From Promethearchaeota archaeon (GTDB taxonomy: Archaea > Asgardarchaeota > Odinarchaeia > Odinarchaeales > JBHLKK01): 32,000 bases of DNA. A program made the translations under genes and the position numbers. The DNA lies in assembly GCA_048939465.1 (NCBI GenBank), contig JBHLPL010000001.1, positions 64,684 through 96,683 on the forward strand, in the 5' to 3' direction. The stretch's first letter is position 1. Every line of letters begins with the position of its first letter. Positions 24,035 to 32,000 of the stretch are shown in pieces. The notes under the pieces were generated by a model. It searched no databases, had not been told where the DNA came from, and was given only the letters and a program-made list of their open reading frames with translations.

Positions 24035-25285
24035 TTAATGACTGAATATACTTTTCCATTTTGCAGGAACATTTTTGCTATAGACAATCTCTTCTGCACC
24101 TAAGAATTCACCTAATTCTTCGATCGTATTAATCACCATCTGACCTTCTTCCTTGGTCAAGCTTACGTCCTCTTCTGCGTAAATTGCGTTGATTTTCAGT
24201 CTTTCATTCTTCCGATCCATCACTGGATCTATGCGACCTATGAATCTGTCGCCCTGCAAAATTGGCATAGCATATTGACCATATTTGCGCTTGAACTGGG
24301 GCACATAAATCTCTAGCCGGAAGCTGAACTTGAAAACCTGTTCGGTACGTTGGCGATCACAAATCAGATTATCGAAAGGAGAAAGGAGCGTTGTTCGGGA
24401 CCCCCATTCGGCACTAGATATTCGGTCAATCATGGGCAGGTCACTAACATGGACGTACCAAGATCCAGGCCAAAGTCTACCATTCTTGTCGTCCTCTATG
24501 CGCACGCGTGCAATATGTCCTTCGGATTCAAGATTTTCGAGCACTTTGCTCAAATCCCCGTAGCAATTCCGAATATAATGATTACGAATGTGGATGGCAC
24601 GTGCCACACCAAGGGCACGTAATGATTTTTCTGCGCCCCTTCGAGCAATCTCGGCTTCGGATAATATTTCTTTTGGGGCCCAGTCGGGTAAGAATCGGTC
24701 TGTAAGGTCCCACCACTTCCGTCTGCCTGCACGTTTTGCAACCATAATCTTACCTGTGGCCCAGAGATAGGTAAGCATCTGGTTGACATTCCGACCAGCG
24801 GTCCAGCCTGTGGACTGCCAATCCGCAATTGCTACATTCTTGAAGTGGCTGGATGGAAGGGGACCGTGATCCCGAATCTCGGTAAGAATATGGTTACGCA
24901 AAACCTTATTCTCTCCAACCCAGGCACGAATCTTCCGGGCCCAGGGTGAGTCTCCAGCATAGGCGGTGCGCATTAACCCGTCGAAGATCGGATAGTCTTC
25001 GGTAGGTACTATTGAAGTGGCATGCGCCCAGTTCTCAAAGAGCTTCCGTTCCTTCCACATTAATCTGTCAAGGCATCTCGGATCGTAAGGACCTAGACGA
25101 CTCCATAATACGAGTAAATGGCTGGGAGCTACAACACTTATCGGATCTATCTGTATACATCCTAGGCCTCGAAGGACCTCTAAAATACCGATCTCGTTGG
25201 CCGGAGGCCGAGGACCCGCTAGATGCTGGCGCATAACTGCCAAACGCCTGGCCAGCGCAGGTGTGATAACACGCGTAGAATTCAT
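24035..25285 (-). CDS. ycaQ: YcaQ-like (HTH_42/AlkZ superfamily) DNA glycosylase
   Basis: IQIDPISVVAPSHLLVLWSRL (QxD motif), LFENWAH, LLSPFDNLICDR, FRLEIYVP..KRKYG.Y.MPIL.GDRFIGRID. Confidence 0.85.
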   Translation of the reverse strand: MNSTRVITPALARRLAVMRQHLAGPRPPANEIGILEVLRGLGCIQIDPISVVAPSHLLVLWSRLGPYDPRCLDRLMWKERKLFENWAHATSIVPTEDYPIFDGLMRTAYAGDSPWARKIRAWVGENKVLRNHILTEIRDHGPLPSSHFKNVAIADWQSTGWTAGRNVNQMLTYLWATGKIMVAKRAGRRKWWDLTDRFLPDWAPKEILSEAEIARRGAEKSLRALGVARAIHIRNHYIRNCYGDLSKVLENLESEGHIARVRIEDDKNGRLWPGSWYVHVSDLPMIDRISSAEWGSRTTLLSPFDNLICDRQRTEQVFKFSFRLEIYVPQFKRKYGQYAMPILQGDRFIGRIDPVMDRKNERLKINAIYAEEDVSLTKEEGQMVINTIEELGEFLGAEEIVYSKNVPAKWKSIFSH

Positions 25286-25754
25286 GTATCAGGAGATATC
25301 TCGGTGCACATATAAGCATTGTTTCCCATTCTTTTTGAAACATGACTTTTATGGGTGCAGGACCAGTAACAGGCGCAGCTATCTGAGTCATTCGATGGGG
25401 TGGTATTTTACTAGAATGGAAGGGACCAAACGATTTCAAGCACTCTCTGAATGACGTCAGATGTATTCATGTCTTTTGCTTGTGGCTGAGTACAGTGGCG
25501 TGCATAGGCGATATTTTTGGTGGAGCGGCGCAGCAGAAACGGAAGCTCCGGAAACCAGTATCCTAAAGACGAAGTTAGAGCAATTTGAGTACCGGGGCTC
25601 AATCATCAATAACGCTTAAATAACGGATCCAGAACAAAAAGGACTTAAAGCCCCCGTCCGAAATCGAGATTTCGTCGGGACAACTCAAGCACTCGAAGAA
25701 TCTGCTTGATACGGCTGAGAGATATTTGAATCACAGATTGGGCGAGGTCTATGG

Positions 25755-26726
25755 ATGAGTGGACTCATACTCCTGCCGATGATGCTTGCTGGATCGTTAG
25801 TCATCATGGCTGTATCCAGCCATTTTGCCGTAGCATCGATGGAAAGAATAATCGAGTTTACAGGCTTAAGTGAAGCCGCTGCGGGGATTGGGATTCTTGC
25901 AGTAATGACTTCCGCCCCTGAAATGACTGTAGCCCTTTTTTCAGTCCTCCAAGGAGCTCCCGGAATAGCTATAGGTGACATTTTGGGCTCAAACGTATTT
26001 AATCTAGGGGCGATCATGGGCATACTAGGGATGATCGGTTTTCTCAAGACGTGCTGTCCTGATACTGTTATGATAACACAGTTAACAGATATTCTTTTTC
26101 TAACCGCATTAATCCCCATACTCATTGTGATATTTGAAATAGCAACTCCAGTCGTTGGTGTAATTCTCTTCGGGGTCTTCATACTCAATATCCATTCTAT
26201 GACAAAGAAGAGAACATTAATCCCGGTTGCAAAAGAAGAAGAAAAACCTTCAATACCCAAGACAGACAGATTCTCAAGAATCGTTAAGGACCGCAAGATA
26301 GCAGTCGTGGCAATACTGATTCTTAGTCTCGCCGGCCTTATGACTGCTGGAAGTCTGGTGGTCTCATCTGGCACAGGAATCGCCACTCTGCTGGGAGCCC
26401 CCCCGATACTGGTCGGGGCGAAGATTGTTTCGTTGGGTACTTCCCTACCAGAGCTTACTCTTGACCTTACAGCTGCTCGACGAGGACGCGTGCAAATGGC
26501 ACTGGGAGACATTGTAGGGTCCAATCTAATGAATTTGACCTTTGTATTGGGGCTTGTCTTCATCACCTCATCTTTTACAGTTGACACAACCATCTTTTCA
26601 GAAATTCTACCATTTCTGCTGATCACGACCCTCATTTTCTGGCGTTTTCTTATGAGAGGCGAAATTTCAAAAGTAGGGGGATCGCTTCTATTGGTTTCCT
26701 ACATATTATTTCTTATAATCGTCTGA
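25755..26726 (+). CDS. Na+/Ca2+ (CaCA, YrbG-like) antiporter
   Basis: Two alpha-repeats, TSAPE...GDILGSN and GTSLPE...GDIVGSN; about 10 TMs. Confidence 0.92.
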   Translation: MSGLILLPMMLAGSLVIMAVSSHFAVASMERIIEFTGLSEAAAGIGILAVMTSAPEMTVALFSVLQGAPGIAIGDILGSNVFNLGAIMGILGMIGFLKTCCPDTVMITQLTDILFLTALIPILIVIFEIATPVVGVILFGVFILNIHSMTKKRTLIPVAKEEEKPSIPKTDRFSRIVKDRKIAVVAILILSLAGLMTAGSLVVSSGTGIATLLGAPPILVGAKIVSLGTSLPELTLDLTAARRGRVQMALGDIVGSNLMNLTFVLGLVFITSSFTVDTTIFSEILPFLLITTLIFWRFLMRGEISKVGGSLLLVSYILFLIIV

Positions 26727-26730
26727 AGCT

Positions 26731-26745
26731 GTGAAGATATAAATA
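26731..26745 (+). promoter_or_regulatory. Putative BRE-TATA for the M28 peptidase gene
   Basis: GTGAAGA-TATAAATA. Confidence 0.4.
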
Positions 26746-26834
26746 CAGAATAAATCGAGTCCTCCTTGGATTCTATGCAATAAGTATTTTTACTACGAGT
26801 TCAATTGTACTAGAAATTCAAGGAGGATTGAAAC

Positions 26835-28076
26835 GTGGTTGAATTACATCCTTCCATCTCTATATCTCGACTGCATAGACATCTTTCAGAACTCGAGAGA
26901 ATTGGCAACAGGTGGCCTGGATCTGAAGGCGAATCAAAAGCCCAAGAGTATATATATTCTTACCTAAGAAGCTTGGACATTGACGATGTCTTCCTAGATG
27001 AGTACGAGTTCCTCCAATACAAACCGGTGAAATTCGAGCTTAGTCTGACAACACCTGTAACTGATAACATAGTATGTAGACCGATGTCCTATACTGAAAA
27101 TGCATCCGTTTCTGGGGAGATAGCTTATGCGGGAAGTGGCAGTCCTGAAGAATTCAGATCAATCGATGAGCAAGGTATTGAAATAGAAGACAGGATTGTC
27201 ATGGCGACGACTGATATCCCTTTTGAGATAACCCCTCTGGTCGAAGACAGAGGAGGCATTGCATTAATAGCTGTTTCAAATGCACCGGAGTCACTAATAC
27301 GAAATTGTGTTGGCAAATTGTATCCTCCGGAGATTTCAAATCCTGAAAAACATAAACGAAGGATTCCAGGCGTAATGATCTCCAGGGGGAGTGCCAACAA
27401 GATTCTGCTGTTAAAGAACAAAGGAAAAGTGGAAGCAAAAATCACGCATGAAGGTGAATACAGAAAATCAGAATCAAAGAATGTGGTAGGGGTTCAAAAT
27501 GGTGAAGGGGGAACGGAAGAGTCTGTCGTAGTTGGGGGTCATTACGATACACAGCTGGAAGGAACTGGAATTTGGGACAATGGAACCGGCACGGGCGGGG
27601 TGTTGGAATTTGCCAGAGCATTTAGTAATGTAGGCTCTGAACGTAAGATAATGTTTGTAACATTTGGATGCGAAGAAGTAGGACTGTGGGGTTCAGAGAG
27701 CTTTGTGAGGAAGCGAGAAAAAGAAGTAAAGGATAACTGTCGTGGTATGATAACTCTCGACACAGTAAGCACATCCCTCTGTCCGAATAATACTATCTGG
27801 GCAAACAATCAGGCCATGGAATTGGCAATAGAAAAAGCATCACAACTAAAATGGCCAGTTCACTACACTGGCGACCTATCAATTTCCTTCAGCGATTATG
27901 CCCCCTTTAACGCACGTGGCATTCCAGCGATGTGGATATTTGAATATCCTCCGATACATCCTTATTATCATACAGCTAAGGACAAAATCGAATTCATAGA
28001 TTTTGTAAAATGTCGATCTACACTCCAGGTAAATGCAGCGTGCGTGACGGCGATGGCAAAAACCAGACTTCAATAG
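26835..28076 (+). CDS. M28-family aminopeptidase with PA domain, no obvious signal peptide
   Basis: GGHYDT, DNGTG, GCEE.GL.GS, LDTV, SDYAPF, YHTAKD motifs; PA insert YAGSG. Confidence 0.9.
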   Translation: MVELHPSISISRLHRHLSELERIGNRWPGSEGESKAQEYIYSYLRSLDIDDVFLDEYEFLQYKPVKFELSLTTPVTDNIVCRPMSYTENASVSGEIAYAGSGSPEEFRSIDEQGIEIEDRIVMATTDIPFEITPLVEDRGGIALIAVSNAPESLIRNCVGKLYPPEISNPEKHKRRIPGVMISRGSANKILLLKNKGKVEAKITHEGEYRKSESKNVVGVQNGEGGTEESVVVGGHYDTQLEGTGIWDNGTGTGGVLEFARAFSNVGSERKIMFVTFGCEEVGLWGSESFVRKREKEVKDNCRGMITLDTVSTSLCPNNTIWANNQAMELAIEKASQLKWPVHYTGDLSISFSDYAPFNARGIPAMWIFEYPPIHPYYHTAKDKIEFIDFVKCRSTLQVNAACVTAMAKTRLQ

Positions 28077-28209
28077 TGTGTGATAATTATTAGAACATAT
28101 GTTCTAATGAAAACCTCTATCTATCCCCACTGCGGATTTTCTTTATGCCTGAAAGCAGACAGATAAAGGTGTCAATCGACCTCTCTCTCAGAAGGAAGTG
28201 CAAAATTCC

Positions 28210-28629
28210 TTAAGAAATGATCTCAAAAACTATCCTAGGTCTAGATGGCCACGTCTCTTTCTTGCCAGCTTCCCAAGCAATTGAGACTCTTGTGCCTACT
28301 TTTACGTCGTCGAGGCTTGCAGTCTTTATCATACCTATGAATGGTAACCCCTCATCAAGTTTAACCACGCCCACGATATAGGGTACAAGGTTTTTGAAAT
28401 CTGGTGATGCCACATGAATTGCAGTATATGTGACGACGGTTCCTTCTCCTTTAAGCTGAGTCCACTGTAAATCATCGGAATAACAGTAAGGACATAGCGG
28501 TCTGGGCGGTAATATTGTCTTGCCGCAATCCTTGCACTTGCAAGCCATCAATTTGCCCTCCTCACAGAAGCTGTAAAACTGATCTATTGTAAATGGTTGT
28601 TCTTTAGTCTCTCCCTTCTCCAAGCTCAA
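28210..28629 (-). CDS. DUF35-family Zn-ribbon/OB-fold acyl-CoA-binding protein
   Basis: CKDCG...PPR..CP.C, G.VVTYT.IH, PY.VGVVKLDEG. TTG start overlaps the thiolase stop (ORF track starts at 28644). Confidence 0.9.
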   Translation of the reverse strand: MSLEKGETKEQPFTIDQFYSFCEEGKLMACKCKDCGKTILPPRPLCPYCYSDDLQWTQLKGEGTVVTYTAIHVASPDFKNLVPYIVGVVKLDEGLPFIGMIKTASLDDVKVGTRVSIAWEAGKKETWPSRPRIVFEIIS

Positions 28630-29804
28630 TCTCCTCTTCTGCAAATTGTTACGACAGCGCTCGCACCCGGACCCCCAAGGTTATGGGCGAGCCCAACTTC
28701 GGCTCCAGATACTTGCCTCCCATTAGCCTGTCCAGTAAGCTGTAGATAGATTTCATAGAGCTGGGCTGCACCAGTTGCACCGACTGGATGTCCTTTACAC
28801 TTAAGCCCACCACTTGGATTGACAGGCTTTTTCCCCCCCAATTCCACTACTCCTTCCCTTATCAGAGTTGCTCCTTCTCCTTTTTCACAAAAGCCCAAAT
28901 CCTCGTAAGCTATGAGTTCGGAGATCGTAAAACAGTCGTGAACCTCGGCAACATCCACGTCTTTTGGTTCTAAGTTCGCTGTGGCATAGGCTTCTCTTCC
29001 TGCTTCAACGTTTGCCCTGAACGTTGCATGCTCATAGTCTTTCTCAAAAGCCAGAATGCTGTCACACGCAAAACCCTGTCCAATAATGTCAACCGGCGTA
29101 TCAGTGAACTTCCTTGCAATCTCAGGCTTTGTTATGATGAGCAGTGCAGAACCATCTGTGATCGGGCAACAGTCATAGAGTTTAAGGGGCCATGAAATTA
29201 CCGGAGATCCAAGCGCTTTCTCAAGTGTTATAGGTTTTTGGAAGTGGGCCTTCGGATTCAATGCGCCACTTTTATGGCTCTTTACGGAAATCCTAGATAG
29301 ATCTTCTTCAGTTGTTCCGTACCTATTCATGTGAGCCGTAGCCATTAGTGCGAAAAACCCTGGAAACGTGAGGCCGCTCCACTGATCGAAGTGAAAATCA
29401 TCTGCCATATTAATGAGCTCAGTGGCCTTCGGTGTGCTCATATTGGTCATCTTCTCTGCTCCGCCTGCAAGAACTATATCATAGAAGCCAGCTGCGATAG
29501 TGGCCACGCCAAATCTTACCGCAGCACCTGCAGAGGCGCAGGCAGCTTCAGTCCTAATGGCAGCTTTGGGCAACAGACCCGCCCAAGTATTTGCTGTGGC
29601 CCCAGCGTGTCCTTGGTGTTCAAACCCCTCAGACATCATACCCAAAAAGGTGGCTTTGATGTCATTCTTGGGATCTAAGACTGGGCATCTTTCAAGAGCG
29701 TCCTTGAATGCTTCTAGGAATAATTCACGCCAGTAGAGCCCTTCCCTTCTGCCAAACTTACTCATTCCGGCCGAGACTATGCTAGCAATGGGCTTTCCCG
29801 CCAT
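28626..29804 (-). CDS. Thiolase (acetyl-CoA acetyltransferase), SCP2/archaeal type
   Basis: EAACASAG catalytic Cys, DCCPITDG, EVHDCFT, GHPVGATG and HNLGG motifs. Confidence 0.93.
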   Translation of the reverse strand: MAGKPIASIVSAGMSKFGRREGLYWRELFLEAFKDALERCPVLDPKNDIKATFLGMMSEGFEHQGHAGATANTWAGLLPKAAIRTEAACASAGAAVRFGVATIAAGFYDIVLAGGAEKMTNMSTPKATELINMADDFHFDQWSGLTFPGFFALMATAHMNRYGTTEEDLSRISVKSHKSGALNPKAHFQKPITLEKALGSPVISWPLKLYDCCPITDGSALLIITKPEIARKFTDTPVDIIGQGFACDSILAFEKDYEHATFRANVEAGREAYATANLEPKDVDVAEVHDCFTISELIAYEDLGFCEKGEGATLIREGVVELGGKKPVNPSGGLKCKGHPVGATGAAQLYEIYLQLTGQANGRQVSGAEVGLAHNLGGPGASAVVTICRRGD

Positions 29805-29941
29805 GTCTAGGTCACCATGCTCAAATCTTACCAGCCTAATCGTATTGCACCTAAGATAAACCTTTCGTTTTCGCGAAACAAAGTTATATTCTAAAAAAAC
29901 TAATTATGATACACTTCAGGATTCAAGTAGGAGAAGGAAAA

Positions 29942-30739
29942 TTGTTTAAGGCTGCTTATGTTCAGACGAACCCAATACTCGGCGATAAGATGGCAAACAT
30001 AGAAAAAGCATCTGAAATGATTATTGAGAGCGATTATGCCAATCTTTATGTGCTTCCAGAGCTTTTCAACACAGGATATGCCTTTGTGAGTAAGAATGAA
30101 GTTCGTCTCTTGGCGGAGGAAATTCCAGAAGGAGTTACCACACAAAACTTGATAGAACTGGCCAAGAAGAAAGGTACTCACATTATAGCTGGAATAGCTG
30201 AAAAAGATAGTTCGAAAATCTTCAATTCAGCAGTTGCTGTGGGTCCGGAAGGCTTAGTCATGAAATATAGAAAGATTCATCTATTTTACAAAGAGAGGAA
30301 TTGGTTCGACCCTGGTGACATTGACTTCAGAGTATTCAAAGTAGACGGTGTCAAGGCCGGAATCATTATATGTTTTGATTGGATATTTCCTGAAGCCATT
30401 AGGACGCTTGCATTGAAGGGCGCAGATTTGATATGCCATCCATCGAATCTGCTTTTTCCGTACGCTCAAAATGCAATGCTTACTCGGTCTATAGAAAACA
30501 GAGTCTATACTCTTACCGCTAATAGGATAGGAGCTGAAAACAGGAATGAGGACAAGTTCAACTTCACCGGAATGAGTCAGATAACAAGTCCAAAAATGGA
30601 GCTGTTGATGAGAGCGAGTGACAATAAGGAAGAAGTTGGAATTTCCGAAATAGATGTTAGATTATCACGAGACAAATCGATAACGTCTCTAAATGACATT
30701 TTTAAAGATAGAAGGACGGAGTTCTATTCAACATCGTAA
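29942..30739 (+). CDS. Carbon-nitrogen hydrolase (nitrilase superfamily)
   Basis: Glu-Lys-Cys triad: LPELF, YRKIHLF, ICFDWIFPE. TTG 29942 follows a purine-rich SD (ORF track starts at 29906). Confidence 0.9.
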   Translation: MFKAAYVQTNPILGDKMANIEKASEMIIESDYANLYVLPELFNTGYAFVSKNEVRLLAEEIPEGVTTQNLIELAKKKGTHIIAGIAEKDSSKIFNSAVAVGPEGLVMKYRKIHLFYKERNWFDPGDIDFRVFKVDGVKAGIIICFDWIFPEAIRTLALKGADLICHPSNLLFPYAQNAMLTRSIENRVYTLTANRIGAENRNEDKFNFTGMSQITSPKMELLMRASDNKEEVGISEIDVRLSRDKSITSLNDIFKDRRTEFYSTS

Positions 30740-30799
30740 TTTTGAAATAGGGAGAAACTATAATCAGAAATCGTAATCCCCTTCATATGTGGAATTAGC

Positions 30800-32000
30800 A
30801 TGACATTCGAACTGAAATCAGAATTTCATCCGAAAGGTGATCAGCCAAAGGCGATTGAAAAGCTGGTTCATGGCATAAAAAAAGGCTTAAAACATAACGT
30901 TCTCCTTGGAATCACGGGATCTGGAAAGACATTTGTGATAGCGAACGTAATAGACCGACTTCAGCTTCCTGCGGTCATTATCGAACCAAACAAGACATTA
31001 GCCGCCCAGATAGTAAGTGAGCTCAGAAGGTTCTTTCCGGAAAATGCTGTTGAATACTTCGTAAGCTATTATGACTATTATCAACCAGAGGCATACGTTC
31101 CGCCAACCGATACCTATATTGGAAAAGACTTCTCGATAAACGAAGAGGTTGAAAGACTTAGGCTTTCAGCCGCACACGCTCTGGTATCAAGAAAAGATGT
31201 AATAGTTGTTGCAACGGTCTCATGCATGTACCCAAGCAGTTCACCTGAAGACTACAAGAGTTCCATAGCTGTCTTCAAGGAAAAAGACAGGATTTCAAGA
31301 AAACAGGCAATTGAGAACCTAGTAAACATTCAATATGAGCGTAATGACTTTGACTTCAAACCAGGCGCTTTCAGGGTTAGGGGGGATATCCTTGAAATAT
31401 TCCCACCATACTCGAACGTAGCAGTTAGATTGGAATTCTTTGACGATGAAATAGAAAGGATCTCAGAGATTGATCCGCTCAAAGGAACAACACTTAGACG
31501 CACTAACTTGACCTATGTTTACTCCGCCAAGTACTTCACCACCCCTGTCACGAAGGTCAGAGGTGCTTTGACAACGATAGAAGAAGAATTAGAAGCCCGA
31601 CTCAGAGAATTAAGAAAAAAGGGGAAGATACTGGAGGCTGAAAGATTAGAAAAACGTACCCGTTACGACTTAGAGATGCTTAGTGAAATGGGGTATTGCT
31701 CTGGAATTGAAAACTATTCGCTTCATCTGGATGGAAGAAGACCTGGTGAGAAACCTAGTGTACTTCTGGACTTTTTTCCAGAAGAGAGCCTGATGATTAT
31801 TGATGAGAGCCACATTACAATTCCTCAAATCAAGGGGATGTATTTGGGGGATAGAAGCCGCAAAAAGAACTTGGTTGATTATGGTTTTCGTTTACCTTCG
31901 GCATATGATAATCGTCCCTTGACATTTGAAGAATTCGAAAAATATATGAAAAAAGTAATCTATGTTTCTGCTACTCCTGGACCTTATGATATGGATATGG
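30800..32000 (+). CDS. uvrB: Excinuclease ABC subunit B, 3'-truncated by the window edge (not in ORF track)
   Basis: Hand translation: MTFELKSEFHPKGDQPKAIEKL..GITGSGKT..PNKTLAAQ..FVSYYDYYQPEAY..GIENYS..IDESH..GFRLPSAYDNRPLTFEEF..VSATPG. Confidence 0.97.
   Translation, partial: MTFELKSEFHPKGDQPKAIEKLVHGIKKGLKHNVLLGITGSGKTFVIANVIDRLQLPAVIIEPNKTLAAQIVSELRRFFPENAVEYFVSYYDYYQPEAYVPPTDTYIGKDFSINEEVERLRLSAAHALVSRKDVIVVATVSCMYPSSSPEDYKSSIAVFKEKDRISRKQAIENLVNIQYERNDFDFKPGAFRVRGDILEIFPPYSNVAVRLEFFDDEIERISEIDPLKGTTLRRTNLTYVYSAKYFTTPVTKVRGALTTIEEELEARLRELRKKGKILEAERLEKRTRYDLEMLSEMGYCSGIENYSLHLDGRRPGEKPSVLLDFFPEESLMIIDESHITIPQIKGMYLGDRSRKKNLVDYGFRLPSAYDNRPLTFEEFEKYMKKVIYVSATPGPYDMDM

Noticed and set aside
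25286-25640. Short ORFs on both strands upstream of ycaQ
   Set aside because: No consistent frame, SD or motif; possibly decayed sequence.
25685-26635. 316-aa minus-strand ORF
   Set aside because: Antisense to a clear CaCA antiporter; hydrophobic genes often leave open antisense frames.
236-30469. The many remaining 60-190-aa ORFs in the track (e.g. 4263..4757, 4860..5339, 10456..11016, 12670..13098, 17098..17487, 19640..20014)
   Set aside because: All overlap well-supported genes on the opposite strand or in another frame and lack motifs.
1-32000. tRNA, rRNA, CRISPR arrays, transposases or integrases
   Set aside because: GTTCGA T-loop-like hits fall inside coding regions without cloverleaf stems. 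I saw no spaced direct repeats or mobile-element motifs by eye.

Overview
This is an archaeal chromosome segment, very probably from an Asgard archaeon. The lineage is inferred from eukaryotic-signature genes, archaeal BRE/TATA promoters and GGAGG/GGTGA Shine-Dalgarno sites. The first ~22 kb hold an essentially complete eukaryote-like ESCRT set split into three blocks: ESCRT-I (UEV-coiled coil-steadiness-box Vps23, full-length Vps28), ESCRT-II (Vps25, a short Vps22, and a second long paralogue with Zn-fingers, a PH/GLUE-like domain and Vps36-like winged helices), two ESCRT-III classes (Vps2/24/46-like and Snf7-like) and MIT-Vps4. Interleaved with these are a multidomain HerA/FtsK-like ATPase downstream of an ESCRT-III gene, a 1318-aa glycosylated single-pass surface protein with a Lys-rich cytoplasmic tail, a PTAP-motif coiled-coil protein, a DedA/VTT membrane protein, DGGGP synthase, a longin-GTPase fusion and SSB. 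The last ~10 kb are metabolic and repair genes (class II aldolase, methyltransferase, YcaQ, Na/Ca antiporter, M28 peptidase, thiolase+DUF35, C-N hydrolase, partial uvrB). Three real-looking ORFs are missing from the supplied track: 1..546 (-), 21917..22213 (-) and uvrB 30800..>32000 (+). I saw no rRNA, tRNA, CRISPR array, transposase or ubiquitin/E1/E2/E3 gene. All family calls come from motif recognition by eye; no searches were run.
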